Of a DNA stretch of 64,000 nt, positions 20,521-30,222 are shown piece after piece. The stretch's first letter is position 1, and every line of letters starts with the position of its first letter. Origin of the DNA: Clostridia bacterium (lineage in GTDB: Bacteria; Bacillota; Clostridia; Oscillospirales; CAG-272); assembly GCA_017450965.1 (NCBI GenBank), contig JAFSSQ010000080.1, positions 19,330 to 83,329 on the forward strand, read 5' to 3'. The position numbers and the translations under genes are program-made. Under the pieces are notes generated by a model. That model worked only from the letters and a program-made list of their open reading frames with translations, did not search any database and was not told the origin of the DNA.

Positions 20521-20708
20521 CAGTTCTCGTCAGACGGCATGGGGCGCCTTTGGCGCACCTTCCGTTTCCGGGGGTCATAGATAAACTTCCGGCATTTTCC
20601 GCCGGCGGCGACAAGACCGTGCTTGCGGCAGATCAAATCCCCGTCGCACAGGGTCTCGATGGAGTTTTCACAATAAGCGCAGACGCACTCTTCGGACTCT
20701 TTCGACAT
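20520..20708 (-). CDS. Hypothetical small Cys-rich protein (zinc-ribbon-like)
   Basis: 62 aa: MSKESEECVCAYCENSIETLCDGDLICRKHGLVAAGGKCRKFIYDPRKRKVRQRR... It has two Cys pairs and a basic tail. There is no family call. Confidence 0.5.
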   Translation of the reverse strand: MSKESEECVCAYCENSIETLCDGDLICRKHGLVAAGGKCRKFIYDPRKRKVRQRRPMPSDEN

Positions 20709-20782
20709 AACGGCTCCTTATCGGATCAAGTACCCTTATTTTAGCATTTCTTTTTCCGAATAGCAAGAGATTCTTGAAAAAG

Positions 20783-21649
20783 TTACAAAATAAGAGAAAA
20801 AAAGAGCCAGAAAGCGAGCGTGAGAAGGGCGGTAAGGAGCTTTTCAAACAGATAGGGAAAAAGCCGCGCGCCTCCCGCCGCGGAAAGGGCCTGAAAGGCG
20901 GCGGAGAGCCCGCCGAAGCCGATAAAAAAGGCCGAGATCGCCGTGGAAAGCGGAGAGGAAAGGGCAAGCGCCGCGCCGCAGCCGGAGCTTGCTTCCAGAA
21001 GACCCGTCAGCAGGAGCGGGAGCCACGCGGGCGCGGCGAGCGCGTCGAACAGGCGGGAGAGCGCGGCGGAGAGACAGGAAAAAAAGACGATGCAGACGGT
21101 CACGCTCCCGGCGGACGATACGGCGGAGCCGACGGAGGAGGTGAGAAGCGCCGGAAGGGAGAGCGGCTCGCTTTTCTCCGGTCCCGGCTGCGCCGGGCGG
21201 TTTCCTTTCTTACAGTGCAGGAGCGCGTGCGAAGCGATCGCGCCGAGAAGGGAGGAGAGAAAGATGAGCGCGCCGACAAGCGGGTTTTTATATCCGCCGC
21301 CGAGAAAGGAAAGGCAGAAGGAGGGGCTGATGAGGGAGGCAAGCGGAAGAAAACGCTCCTTTTCCTCGGGCGTCCGGTCGGAGAGGAGCGTCGCGCCGAT
21401 CGGGACGCCGCAGACGACGCCGAGAAGAAGCGCCGAGCGCGCGCCGCCCCGGTTTCCGCTTGCGCGCTCCAGCCGCAAAAGGAGCGAGGAGAGGACCATA
21501 AACGGCAAAAGCGACGGCAGCACCCGGGAAGCGGCGAGCGCGAGCGCGTTCCCGGCGGCGCGGGCCGTTCCCTCCGAAAAGAGCAGAAAAAGGAACAGAA
21601 GGGCGAGGACGGGTGCTTTTAACGCCGTTTTTCTTTTTTTCGGATTCAT
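20783..21649 (-). CDS. YlbJ-like sporulation integral membrane protein (nucleoside-recognition-type), short form
   Basis: Only the last 288 codons of track ORF 20783..22444 are used (ATG at 21649, MNPKKRKTALKAPVLALLFLF...). The protein is polytopic, with ...LPSLLPFMVLSSLL..., LGVVCGVPIGA and SLISPSFCLSFLGGG resembling YlbJ. Confidence 0.6.
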   Translation of the reverse strand: MNPKKRKTALKAPVLALLFLFLLFSEGTARAAGNALALAASRVLPSLLPFMVLSSLLLRLERASGNRGGARSALLLGVVCGVPIGATLLSDRTPEEKERFLPLASLISPSFCLSFLGGGYKNPLVGALIFLSSLLGAIASHALLHCKKGNRPAQPGPEKSEPLSLPALLTSSVGSAVSSAGSVTVCIVFFSCLSAALSRLFDALAAPAWLPLLLTGLLEASSGCGAALALSSPLSTAISAFFIGFGGLSAAFQALSAAGGARLFPYLFEKLLTALLTLAFWLFFSLIL

Positions 21650-21715
21650 AATCTGATCCCGCGTTTTCGTATATTGAGAAGAACACGATATGGTATGCGG
21701 AGGGAGCGCGACGAT

Positions 21716-21988
21716 ATGCCGATCAAAGGCTTTTTGAGAAAAGAGAAAAAAGGGGAACTTTCGCCGTTTATTCTGGAGATGCGGAGCCGACGTTCGCTCC
21801 TTCTCTCCGGCGTGCGGCGGGTACTCCTTTCCACCGGGGAGACCGTCCGCCTGCTGACCGACGCCGGGGAGCGCTTTGAAGTCGGGGGGAGGGGCCTTCG
21901 CTGCGCGGTCTTTTCCGACCGGACGGTGGAGGTCGTCGGCGAGGTGCGCACGATCGGGATCGGAGGAGAGGATGAAAAAAAAGGCTGA
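21716..21988 (+). CDS. yqfC: Sporulation protein YqfC (YabP family)
   Basis: In-frame ATG at 21716 with a GGAGGGAG RBS. ...LEMRSRRSLLLSGVRRVLLSTGETVRLLTDAGERFEVGGRGLRCAVFSDRTVEVVGEVRTI is YabP/YqfC-like. It precedes yqfD. Confidence 0.8.
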   Translation: MPIKGFLRKEKKGELSPFILEMRSRRSLLLSGVRRVLLSTGETVRLLTDAGERFEVGGRGLRCAVFSDRTVEVVGEVRTIGIGGEDEKKG

Positions 21989-23180
21989 CGCTTTTCGCCT
22001 TTCGCTTGCGCAAATCCTGCAAAGCGAGAAAACGGAACTTGTCTTCGAGGAGCGGGAGGAAAGCCGGGTCCTCAACGCAGCGATGGGGTGCGGCGTCGTT
22101 TGCCGCACGCGGCGCACACCGGACGGGACGGTCGTTTTTACGGTCGCGCAGGCGTCGGCGGGGAAACTCCTTTCCCGTCTCTCGGCGATCGGCTGCAAGC
22201 CCCTCTCCCTCTCCGGCCCCGGGCGGGCGCGCCGCCTTTGGAGGCGGATCGGTCGGCGGAGCGGGCTTTTGGCCGGGGCGCTCCTTTTTCTCGCGCTGAC
22301 GGCGTTTTTTTCTTCCGTTCTCTGGAAGATCGAGATCACCGGCTGCCAAAAGTTAAAGGAGGAGGAAGTACTCGCACAGCTCTCGGAATGCGGCGTGAGG
22401 GAGGGCGCGTTTTTGCGGGGGATCGACGCGGACAGGGTGCGCAACGAGATGATGCAGAAAAACGGAGGGATCGCCTGGATGAGCGTGAACGTGATCGGGA
22501 CCTACGCGTACGTCGAGATCCGGGAAACAGAGAGAAAAGCCGGGGAGGCGGAGGGGGGATACTCCCATATCGTCGCCTCCTGCGACGGACAGATCCTCTC
22601 CTTTGAAACCAGGCACGGAAACGTCCTGCTCTGGCCGGGCGATACGGTGCGGGAAGGGGAGCTGATCGTTGCCGGGATGATCGAGCAGATGAACGGAGAT
22701 TATAAGCTCGTCCACGCCGAGGGAAAGGTGATCGCGCGTACGGAACATACCGTCGCCGCGTCCTGCCCCTATCTTTTGCGGGAGGAGACGGAGGGGAAAA
22801 GGACCCTGACCGCCGTTGGGATCCGCCTGTTCGGAAAAATGATAAATATTTCCCTAAACCGTAGACTTGACGCGGATCAGTGTGATATAATACATAAAAA
22901 AGAAACTCCCGCGCTCCCATTCGGCCTTTCGCTGCCCGGCGTTTTCGAGAGGACGTATCTTTCCAAAAAAAATCAAACGGAAACGCTGCTCACCCGAGAG
23001 GAGGCCGCCGCGCGCGCGAAAGAGACGGCGTACCGGACGTTTGCCGCGACTTATCCGGAGGCGGAGATGATCGCCCGCCGGATCCGCGTGGAGTACGGCG
23101 AGGACGCCTGCACCGTCACGCTTTTTGCCGTGTGCCGGGAGAATATCGCAAAAATTGTTACGTTTACCGCGGGAGAGTGA
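21972..23180 (+). CDS. yqfD: Sporulation protein YqfD
   Basis: In-frame ATG at 21972 of ORF 21876..23180. It has a central TM segment followed by LWKIEITGCQKLKEEEVLAQLSECGVREGAF...IAWMSVNVIGTYAYVEIRE, typical of YqfD. Confidence 0.85.
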   Translation: MKKKADAFRLSLAQILQSEKTELVFEEREESRVLNAAMGCGVVCRTRRTPDGTVVFTVAQASAGKLLSRLSAIGCKPLSLSGPGRARRLWRRIGRRSGLLAGALLFLALTAFFSSVLWKIEITGCQKLKEEEVLAQLSECGVREGAFLRGIDADRVRNEMMQKNGGIAWMSVNVIGTYAYVEIRETERKAGEAEGGYSHIVASCDGQILSFETRHGNVLLWPGDTVREGELIVAGMIEQMNGDYKLVHAEGKVIARTEHTVAASCPYLLREETEGKRTLTAVGIRLFGKMINISLNRRLDADQCDIIHKKETPALPFGLSLPGVFERTYLSKKNQTETLLTREEAAARAKETAYRTFAATYPEAEMIARRIRVEYGEDACTVTLFAVCRENIAKIVTFTAGE

Positions 23181-23197
23181 CCCGCGGGGAGGTTAAA

Positions 23198-24253
23198 ATG
23201 GCCGAAAAAACGGTTTATACCAACTCGGGAACGATCACGGCGGCGATCTTCGGGAACTTTGATTTCAACGCGAGGCTGATCGAGGAGGCGTTTTCCGTCC
23301 GTCTTCTCAACCGCTCGGCGGAAGGGGAAGGGCCGGACGCGCTCGTCGTCAGCGGGGAAAGCGAAGAGGACGTTGCCGCCGCTGCGGAGACGATCGAGCT
23401 GCTCGCCCGCAACATCACGGACGGAGACACCCTGAGCGAGCAGACCGTTTCCTACTTTATCAACATGATAAAGGATGGAGAAAAAAGCGCGCTCAACGGC
23501 TTCGGCGGCGACGCGATCTGCATCACAACCAAGGGCAGACCGATCCGGCCGAAGACCGTGGGGCAGAAGGAATACGTCGACAAGATCGCAAAAAACACCG
23601 TCGTGTTCGGCATCGGGCCCGCCGGTACCGGCAAGACCTTCCTTGCCGTTGCCATGGCGGTCAAGGCGATGCGCGACAAACGCATCAGCCGCATCGTACT
23701 GACGCGTCCCGCCGTGGAGGCGGGGGAAAAACTCGGTTTTCTGCCGGGCGATCTGCAGAACAAGATCGACCCGTATCTCCGCCCGCTCTACGACGCGCTC
23801 TACGAGATGCTCGGTCCGGAGAACTATCAGCGCCAGCGGGAGAAAAACACGATCGAGATCGCGCCTCTCGCCTATATGCGCGGCCGGACGCTTGACGACT
23901 CTTTTATCATTCTCGACGAGGCGCAGAACACGACCCCGGAACAGATGAAGATGTTTCTTACCCGTCTCGGCGCAAACTCCAAGGCGGTCGTAACGGGCGA
24001 TCTCACGCAGACCGACCTCAACATCGGCGGGCGCAGCGGCCTTGCCGAGGCGGTGCGGATCCTCGACGGGATCGACGATATTTCCGTCCACCGTTTCACC
24101 GACCGGGACGTCGTGCGCCACCGCCTGGTCCAGAAGATCATCCTCGCGTACGAAAAATACGAAAAGAAACGCGCCGCAGACCGGAGCGCGAAAAAAGAAA
24201 CCAACGTCAAAAACGGAGAGCGGGTGCGGTTTGCCCGCAAATTCGGAAAATGA
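23198..24253 (+). CDS. phoH: PhoH family ATPase
   Basis: In-frame ATG at 23198. Walker A GPAGTGKTFLAVAMAV, plus LTRPAVEAGEKLGFLPGD and ILDEAQN. Confidence 0.92.
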   Translation: MAEKTVYTNSGTITAAIFGNFDFNARLIEEAFSVRLLNRSAEGEGPDALVVSGESEEDVAAAAETIELLARNITDGDTLSEQTVSYFINMIKDGEKSALNGFGGDAICITTKGRPIRPKTVGQKEYVDKIAKNTVVFGIGPAGTGKTFLAVAMAVKAMRDKRISRIVLTRPAVEAGEKLGFLPGDLQNKIDPYLRPLYDALYEMLGPENYQRQREKNTIEIAPLAYMRGRTLDDSFIILDEAQNTTPEQMKMFLTRLGANSKAVVTGDLTQTDLNIGGRSGLAEAVRILDGIDDISVHRFTDRDVVRHRLVQKIILAYEKYEKKRAADRSAKKETNVKNGERVRFARKFGK

Positions 24254-24753
24254 AACAGAGTGTGAAGATCTATTTTGCAAACGAACAGACCAAAAAGGAC
24301 GTGACGCGAGAGCTGCGCGCGCTCGTGCGCAAGGCGATCCGGACAACCCTTCGCTATGAGGATTTTCAGAGCCCCTGCGAGGTCTCCGTTACCTTTACGG
24401 ACGACGAGGGGATCCGCCGCCTGAACGCGGACTACCGGGGGATCGACCGCGCGACCGACGTTCTCTCCTTTCCGATGGCGGAGGATACGCCGGCGATCCC
24501 GGGCTGCCCCGTCGCGCTCGGGGATATCGTGCTCGATCTCGAGCGCGCCGACCGGCAAGGGGAGGAATACGGGCACGGCTTCGAGCGGGAAACCGCTTTC
24601 CTGACCGTCCATTCCATGCTCCATCTCCTCGGATACGACCACGAAACGGGCGAGGAGGACGAGCGGGAGATGCGCGCGCGCCAGAGCGCGATCGTCGCCC
24701 TCTGCGGCTACCCGGTAAAAGACAGCGAGATCAAAGGAGTCGGAGATGAATAA
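24250..24753 (+). CDS. ybeY: rRNA maturation RNase YbeY
   Basis: 167 aa with the zinc motif HSMLHLLGYDHE. ATGA overlap with phoH. Confidence 0.93.
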   Translation: MKQSVKIYFANEQTKKDVTRELRALVRKAIRTTLRYEDFQSPCEVSVTFTDDEGIRRLNADYRGIDRATDVLSFPMAEDTPAIPGCPVALGDIVLDLERADRQGEEYGHGFERETAFLTVHSMLHLLGYDHETGEEDEREMRARQSAIVALCGYPVKDSEIKGVGDE

Positions 24754-25630
24754 ATCGGTTTACGTTTCGATCGTCGGCCGGCCGAACGTCGGCAAGTCGA
24801 GCTTGCTCAACGCGATCCTCGGCGAAAAGATCGCCATCGTCTCAAAAAAACCACAGACCACCCGGACGAGGATTACGGGGGTGCGTACGGACGGGGACAC
24901 GCAATACGTGTTTCTCGACACGCCGGGCGTCCACCGTCCCCGGACAAGCCTCGGGAAGTTTATGGTGGATACCGCCCGCGGCGCGATCGGAGACGCCGAC
25001 CTTGATCTGCTCGTCGTGGAACCGAGGGGAGCGGTCGGCGATATCGAGGAAGGGATCCTCAAGCGGATCGCCTCCCGCAAGGTGCCCGCGCTGCTTGTCG
25101 TCAACAAAACGGACGCCGCGACGGCCAAACAGATCGGCGATACGATCCTTGCCTATTCCTCTCGCTTTGATTTTGCCGCGGTCGTTCCCACGTCCGCTAA
25201 AACGGGGGAAGGAATCGGGATCCTGATGGAAGAGATCTCCCGTTTTTCCCGCGAGCAGCCGTGGCTTTTCCCCGAGGATATGATCACCGATCAGCCGGAA
25301 CAGCAGATCGCCGCGGAGATCGTCCGGGAAAAGATGCTCCGTATGTTAAACGAGGAGATCCCGCACGGGACCGCCGTGGTGATCGAGGAGTTCTCGGAAG
25401 AAGGCGAGATGCTGCGCATCCGCGCGGAGATCTACTGCGAACGCGAGAGCCACAAGGGGATCATCATCGGCAAAGGCGGAAAGATGCTCAAGGAGATCGG
25501 GAGCGCCGCGCGCGCCGATCTGGAGCGTTTTTTCGGCTGTAAGGTATTCCTTGATCTCTGGGTCAAGGTAAAGGAAAACTGGCGCGACAGCCCGAGACTG
25601 ATCCAGAACTTCGGGTACAGGAAAGACTGA
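24746..25630 (+). CDS. era: GTPase Era
   Basis: 294 aa with G1 GRPNVGKSS, G3 DTPG, G4 NKTD and a C-terminal KH domain (IIIGKGGKMLKEIG). Confidence 0.95.
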   Translation: MNKSVYVSIVGRPNVGKSSLLNAILGEKIAIVSKKPQTTRTRITGVRTDGDTQYVFLDTPGVHRPRTSLGKFMVDTARGAIGDADLDLLVVEPRGAVGDIEEGILKRIASRKVPALLVVNKTDAATAKQIGDTILAYSSRFDFAAVVPTSAKTGEGIGILMEEISRFSREQPWLFPEDMITDQPEQQIAAEIVREKMLRMLNEEIPHGTAVVIEEFSEEGEMLRIRAEIYCERESHKGIIIGKGGKMLKEIGSAARADLERFFGCKVFLDLWVKVKENWRDSPRLIQNFGYRKD

Positions 25631-26421
25631 TGCCAAACGGAGAAGGAAGCTGCCGCGGACTCGTTCTTCGTTCCACCGATCTCGGCGACCACGATAAACT
25701 CCTGACCGTTCTGACCGCCGAGCGGGGAAAGCTTACGATCTGCGCCAAGGGAGCCCATTCGCTCAAAAGCAAATATATGCCCGTCTCCCAGCAGTTCATC
25801 TACGGCGATTACACCTTCCGCGAAAAAGGGGAGGGCCGGTGGCTCAAGGACGGCTCGATCGTGGAGAGTTTTTTTGCCGTTCGCGCGGAGCTCACCCGTC
25901 TCGCCGCCGCCTCGTATCTGATGGCGGTCGCCGAGGTCCTCGCTCTCGAGGAGGAGCCGGACCCCGAGCTTTTACGCCTCTCGCTCAATTCGCTGCATCT
26001 TCTGACGGCGGACAAGTACCCCGTCGCCCAGATCAAGGCGGTGTTTGAGCTTGCCGCCGTTTCCGGCGCCGGCTTTGCGCCCGACCTCGTTTTTTGCTCC
26101 GACTGCGGGAAAAAGACGCCGTATCCCGCGGCGTTCGATCTCGCCGGGGGCGTCGTCTATTGCGCCGACTGCCTCAAAAAGAGGGAACAGGCGGCGCAGT
26201 TCGGAGAAGGGCGGGAGGAATATACCGCCCTCACCTCGCTCACGCCCGGCGTGACGGACGCGCTCCGCCACATCCTCTCCGGCGCCGGCAACCCGTTTGC
26301 CTTCCGCCTGCCGGAGGAGGAGCTGCGGCAGCTTAGCGGGATCTGCGAGCGGTATCTTCTCTTTCAGCTTGATATCAGCTTCAAAACTTTGGATTTTTAC
26401 CATGAGGTAACCTCGTCATGA
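25630..26421 (+). CDS. recO: DNA repair protein RecO
   Basis: 263 aa. OB-fold N-terminus (GLVLRSTDLGDHDKLLTVLT) and zinc finger CSDCGK...YCADC. Conserved era-recO order. Confidence 0.9.
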   Translation: MPNGEGSCRGLVLRSTDLGDHDKLLTVLTAERGKLTICAKGAHSLKSKYMPVSQQFIYGDYTFREKGEGRWLKDGSIVESFFAVRAELTRLAAASYLMAVAEVLALEEEPDPELLRLSLNSLHLLTADKYPVAQIKAVFELAAVSGAGFAPDLVFCSDCGKKTPYPAAFDLAGGVVYCADCLKKREQAAQFGEGREEYTALTSLTPGVTDALRHILSGAGNPFAFRLPEEELRQLSGICERYLLFQLDISFKTLDFYHEVTSS

Positions 26422-28787
26422 AGATCAGCGCCCGCACCCTTGAGGTGCTTGAATACGCGAAGATCAAAGCCATGCTCGCCGAGCACGCCCCCACGGCGGG
26501 CGGCGCGGAGGCGGCGCTCGCGCTTTTGCCGAGCGACGACTACGAGATAGCGGTCCGCCGCCAGCAGCGCACGACCGACGCTAAAAAACTCTGCGACGTG
26601 AAGGGGACGCCCCCTTTCTGCGGAGTGAAGGATATCTACGACTCCGTCGGCCGGGCGCAGAAATCCGCCGTGCTTTCTCCCGCCGAGCTGATCGAGATCG
26701 GGCGCGTTCTCTCCGCCGCCCGCCAGCTGACGGATTATATCTCCGACAAGACGTTCGAGACCTCTCTTGACGACGTGTTCGCCCGTCTCGCGCCGAACCG
26801 GTTTCTCGAAAACAAGATCAAAACGGCGATCCTCTCGGAGGATCTGATCGCGGACGAGGCGAGCCGGGAGCTTGCCGATATCCGCCGGAAGATCCGCGCC
26901 GCCAACAACCGGATCAAGGAGGCGCTCTCGCGCTTCGTTTCGGGCGCGGGCTCCAAATACCTCCAGGAGAATATCGTCACGGAGCGCAACGGCCGCTACG
27001 TCGTGCCGGTCAAGGCCGAGTACCGCGGAGAAGTAAAGGGCCTTGTACACGATACTTCCGCCTCAGGCGCCACGGTCTTCGTCGAGCCGGCGGCGGTTTT
27101 GGAGGCGAACAACGAACTGCGCCTGCTGCAAAGCAAGGAACAAAAGGAGATCGAGCGCATCCTCTCCGAGCTCTCCGCCGACACGGCGGCCTTCGGCTCC
27201 ACGCTCTTACAGGATTATCAGACGATCACGGAGCTTTCCCTCGTCTTTGCCTGCGCGTCGCTTTCCTACGAGATGCACGCCGCCCCGCCCCATCTGACGC
27301 GGGAGCGCTGCGTCCGGCTCTTTCGCGCCCGCCATCCCCTCATTGAGCGCGACAAGGTCGTGCCGATCGACGCCGACCTCTCCGGTTTTGACACGCTGGT
27401 CATCACCGGACCGAATACCGGCGGCAAGACCGTTACCCTGAAAACGATCGGGCTGCTTTCCCTGATGGCGCAGTCCGGCCTGCATATCCCGGCGGAAGCA
27501 AGCTCGGTCTGCGGCGTGTTCGATACCGTGGAAGCGGATATCGGGGACGAGCAGAGCATCGAGCAGTCGCTTTCCACCTTTTCCGCGCATATGGTCAATA
27601 TCGTTTCGATTTTGCGGGAGGCGGGTGAACGCTCGCTCGTTCTCTTCGACGAGCTGGGCGCCGGTACCGACCCGGTCGAGGGCGCGGCGCTGGCTACGGC
27701 GATTTTGGAGAAAACCCGTGAGGCGGGCGCTCTGACCGCCGCGACGACCCACTACGCCGAACTGAAGGCCTACGCGATCGAAACGCCGGGCGTTGTGAAC
27801 GCCTCCTGCGAGTTCGATCTGGAAACGCTGCGTCCCACCTACCGGCTGATCATGGGGACGCCCGGTAAGTCGAACGCCTTTGCGATCGCAAAAAAGCTTG
27901 GGCTCGCCGAGTCGGTGATCGACCGCGCTGCCGCTCTCGTTTCCGGAGACAGCAAGCGTTTTGAAAACGTGATAGAAAAGCTGGAGGAAAACCGGATCGC
28001 CGCCGAAAAGGCGAAAACCGAGCTGGAGGAAGAACGAAACGCCTTCCGTCTTTACCGGCAGGAAAACGAGAAAAAGCTTTCCGCTTTCCTCGCCGCCGCG
28101 CAAAAGGATGCGGAGGACGCAAAGAAAAAGACGCGTCAAACCCTCGACAGCGCCCGGGCTTCCGCCGAGTTCGTCTTTGACGAGATCGAAAAACTCCGCA
28201 AAAAGAGCGCGGAAAAGATCACGGCGGAGGAACTGGCAAGGAAAAAGCGCGAGATCCGCGAGGCGATCGCGCGCGGAGAGGCGGACGCGTCCGCTCTCTC
28301 GGGCGAGACGGACGACGGGTACGTCCTGCCCCGCCCGCTCAAAAAAGGCGACGACGTCAAGATGCGCAACATCGGCAAGCGCGGCGTCCTTTTGGAGGAT
28401 CCCGACAAGCGCGGCGACGTCCGCGTCCAATGCGGCGCCGTTGTGACGAAGACCAACGTCTCCAACCTCCGGCTTCTCGAAAAAGAGGCGGAGAAAGCGA
28501 AAAAAGCCCCCGCCAATACCCACCGTGTCAGCGCGGGCGGCGGCTTTTCCCCGGAGCTCGATCTGCGCGGACAGATGACGGACGACGCCTGGCGCATGAC
28601 CGATAAGTATATCGACGACGCGATCATCGCGGGGATCCGTTCCGTGCGGATCATCCACGGCAAGGGAACGGGCGCGCTGCGCAGTTATCTCTGGAGCTGG
28701 TTCAAGACGGACAAACGGATCGCCTCCTACCGTCTCGGCGCGTTCGGCGAAGGGGACAGCGGCGTTACCGTTCTGGAACTGAAGTAA
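26418..28787 (+). CDS. mutS2: Endonuclease MutS2
   Basis: 789 aa with the MutS ATPase motif ITGPNTGGKTV and DELGAGTDP, a coiled coil and a C-terminal Smr domain (LDLRGQ...IIHGKGTGALR). Confidence 0.95.
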   Translation: MKISARTLEVLEYAKIKAMLAEHAPTAGGAEAALALLPSDDYEIAVRRQQRTTDAKKLCDVKGTPPFCGVKDIYDSVGRAQKSAVLSPAELIEIGRVLSAARQLTDYISDKTFETSLDDVFARLAPNRFLENKIKTAILSEDLIADEASRELADIRRKIRAANNRIKEALSRFVSGAGSKYLQENIVTERNGRYVVPVKAEYRGEVKGLVHDTSASGATVFVEPAAVLEANNELRLLQSKEQKEIERILSELSADTAAFGSTLLQDYQTITELSLVFACASLSYEMHAAPPHLTRERCVRLFRARHPLIERDKVVPIDADLSGFDTLVITGPNTGGKTVTLKTIGLLSLMAQSGLHIPAEASSVCGVFDTVEADIGDEQSIEQSLSTFSAHMVNIVSILREAGERSLVLFDELGAGTDPVEGAALATAILEKTREAGALTAATTHYAELKAYAIETPGVVNASCEFDLETLRPTYRLIMGTPGKSNAFAIAKKLGLAESVIDRAAALVSGDSKRFENVIEKLEENRIAAEKAKTELEEERNAFRLYRQENEKKLSAFLAAAQKDAEDAKKKTRQTLDSARASAEFVFDEIEKLRKKSAEKITAEELARKKREIREAIARGEADASALSGETDDGYVLPRPLKKGDDVKMRNIGKRGVLLEDPDKRGDVRVQCGAVVTKTNVSNLRLLEKEAEKAKKAPANTHRVSAGGGFSPELDLRGQMTDDAWRMTDKYIDDAIIAGIRSVRIIHGKGTGALRSYLWSWFKTDKRIASYRLGAFGEGDSGVTVLELK

Positions 28788-28808
28788 AACCAAAAGGAAG
28801 GAAAAACC

Positions 28809-30170
28809 ATGGATCCAACCACGCAAGGTTTTGGCGCCTCCGACGGCGGAAAGCGACCGCCGATCCGGAGGAGAGCTCCCGCGCCGAAAAAACCGTCTTT
28901 GAGGCGTTTTATCGCTCCGATCGTCGCGGTCGTCGTGGTGTTTTCCTTGCTTCTTTTTGCGGTTTGGGCGATCCTCGCCGATAAGGAGCCCTCCGTTTCC
29001 CCGGCCGTAACGACGGCGCAGGAGCCGCCGCAGACCTTGCCGCCGGAGACGGATCCGTCCGAGACGGCAGAGGAAACGAGCCCGCCCGAGACGGAGCCGC
29101 TTCTCGAGCAGTCGACCGTTTCCTTCGTTGCGGCGGGAGACAACCTCGTCTACCGCCCGAACATCTGGGAGGCGGAGGAGCGCGCCCGGGCGGCGGGAAA
29201 AGAAGAGATGGATTTCTTCTTTACCTACGAGAAGATCCGCGATACCGTCGCCGGCGCGGATCTCGCCTTTATCAATCAGGAGACGCTCCTCTGCGGGCGT
29301 AACTACGAATGGTCCGGCTATCCGCTTTTCAACGGACCGTTCGAGATGGGAAAAACTTTGGCCGCCATCGGATTTGACGTGGTGAACATCGCGACCAACC
29401 ACATGCTCGATCAGGGGTACGCGACGGGCGAGGGGATCCGGATCACGCGGGAGTTCTGGGATACGCAGCCGGTCACGCTGATCGGCGGGTATCTGAACGA
29501 GGCGGATTTCAACGACGTGCGGATCGTGGAGAAAAACGGGATCCGTATCGCGTTCCTCGCGTATACCGAGCATACGAACGGTCTGCGCCTGTCCTCCGGC
29601 GAGGTGGTCGTTCCGTACTTTGACAAAGACGTGATCCGGCGGCAGGTCGCCGCCGCCAAAGAACGGGCGGATCTTGTGTTCGTTTCCGCGCACTGGGGAA
29701 ATGAAAACACTTCCGTCCTGACCGATTTTCAGGAGGAATACGCGCAGTATCTGGCGGATCTCGGGGTGGACGTGATCCTCGGGACGCACTCGCACTGCTG
29801 GCAGCCGATCCGCTGGATCGCGGGAGAGAACGGACACAAGACCCTGTGCGCTTTTTCACTCGGCAATTTCATCGCGGAAATGCACCTTCCGATCAACGCG
29901 CTCGGAGGGTTTCTCAGCTTTGACATTGTGCCGGACCGAAAAGGGAATTACGCGATCGAAAACGTCACGGTGATCCCGACGGTCTCGCATTTCAATGCGG
30001 GATTCCGGGACAACACCGTCTATTATCTGAAGGACTATACCGACGAGCTCGCCGCGGCGAGCGGCAGCGGCATTTCCTTTGGCAATCCCGTTCGCCTGAG
30101 CGATCTCTACGCTTATCTCAACAGCACGATCGACGCCTCTTTCCTGCCGGACTTTGTAAAAAATCGCTGA
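28809..30170 (+). CDS. CapA family protein (PGA_cap metallophosphatase-like), membrane anchored
   Basis: 453 aa. N-terminal TM segment, a Pro/Glu/Thr-rich linker, then FVAAGDNLVY..., NIATNHMLD and SAHWGNENTS, typical of CapA/YwtB-like proteins. Confidence 0.85.
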   Translation: MDPTTQGFGASDGGKRPPIRRRAPAPKKPSLRRFIAPIVAVVVVFSLLLFAVWAILADKEPSVSPAVTTAQEPPQTLPPETDPSETAEETSPPETEPLLEQSTVSFVAAGDNLVYRPNIWEAEERARAAGKEEMDFFFTYEKIRDTVAGADLAFINQETLLCGRNYEWSGYPLFNGPFEMGKTLAAIGFDVVNIATNHMLDQGYATGEGIRITREFWDTQPVTLIGGYLNEADFNDVRIVEKNGIRIAFLAYTEHTNGLRLSSGEVVVPYFDKDVIRRQVAAAKERADLVFVSAHWGNENTSVLTDFQEEYAQYLADLGVDVILGTHSHCWQPIRWIAGENGHKTLCAFSLGNFIAEMHLPINALGGFLSFDIVPDRKGNYAIENVTVIPTVSHFNAGFRDNTVYYLKDYTDELAAASGSGISFGNPVRLSDLYAYLNSTIDASFLPDFVKNR

Positions 30171-30187
30171 AAATCTGTTTTGCGCTC

Positions 30188-30216
30188 TTGCAATAGGCGC
30201 ATAGATCTGTTATAAT
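30188..30216 (+). promoter_or_regulatory. Sigma-A-type promoter of the SRP RNA-dnaX transcription unit
   Basis: TTGCAA (30188-30193), 17 nt spacer, TATAAT (30211-30216). The predicted start at about 30223 coincides with the 5' end of the SRP RNA closing helix. Confidence 0.7.
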
Positions 30217-30222
30217 ATTTAA

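Noticed and set aside
20783-22444. 553-aa minus-strand ORF treated as one gene
   Set aside because: Only the 3' 288 codons (from the ATG at 21649) are hydrophobic and YlbJ-like. The upstream 265 codons are antisense to yqfC/yqfD and look like high-GC noise. The plus-strand Lys/Arg/Gly-rich ORFs at 20774..21622 and 20943..21656 are likewise antisense artefacts.
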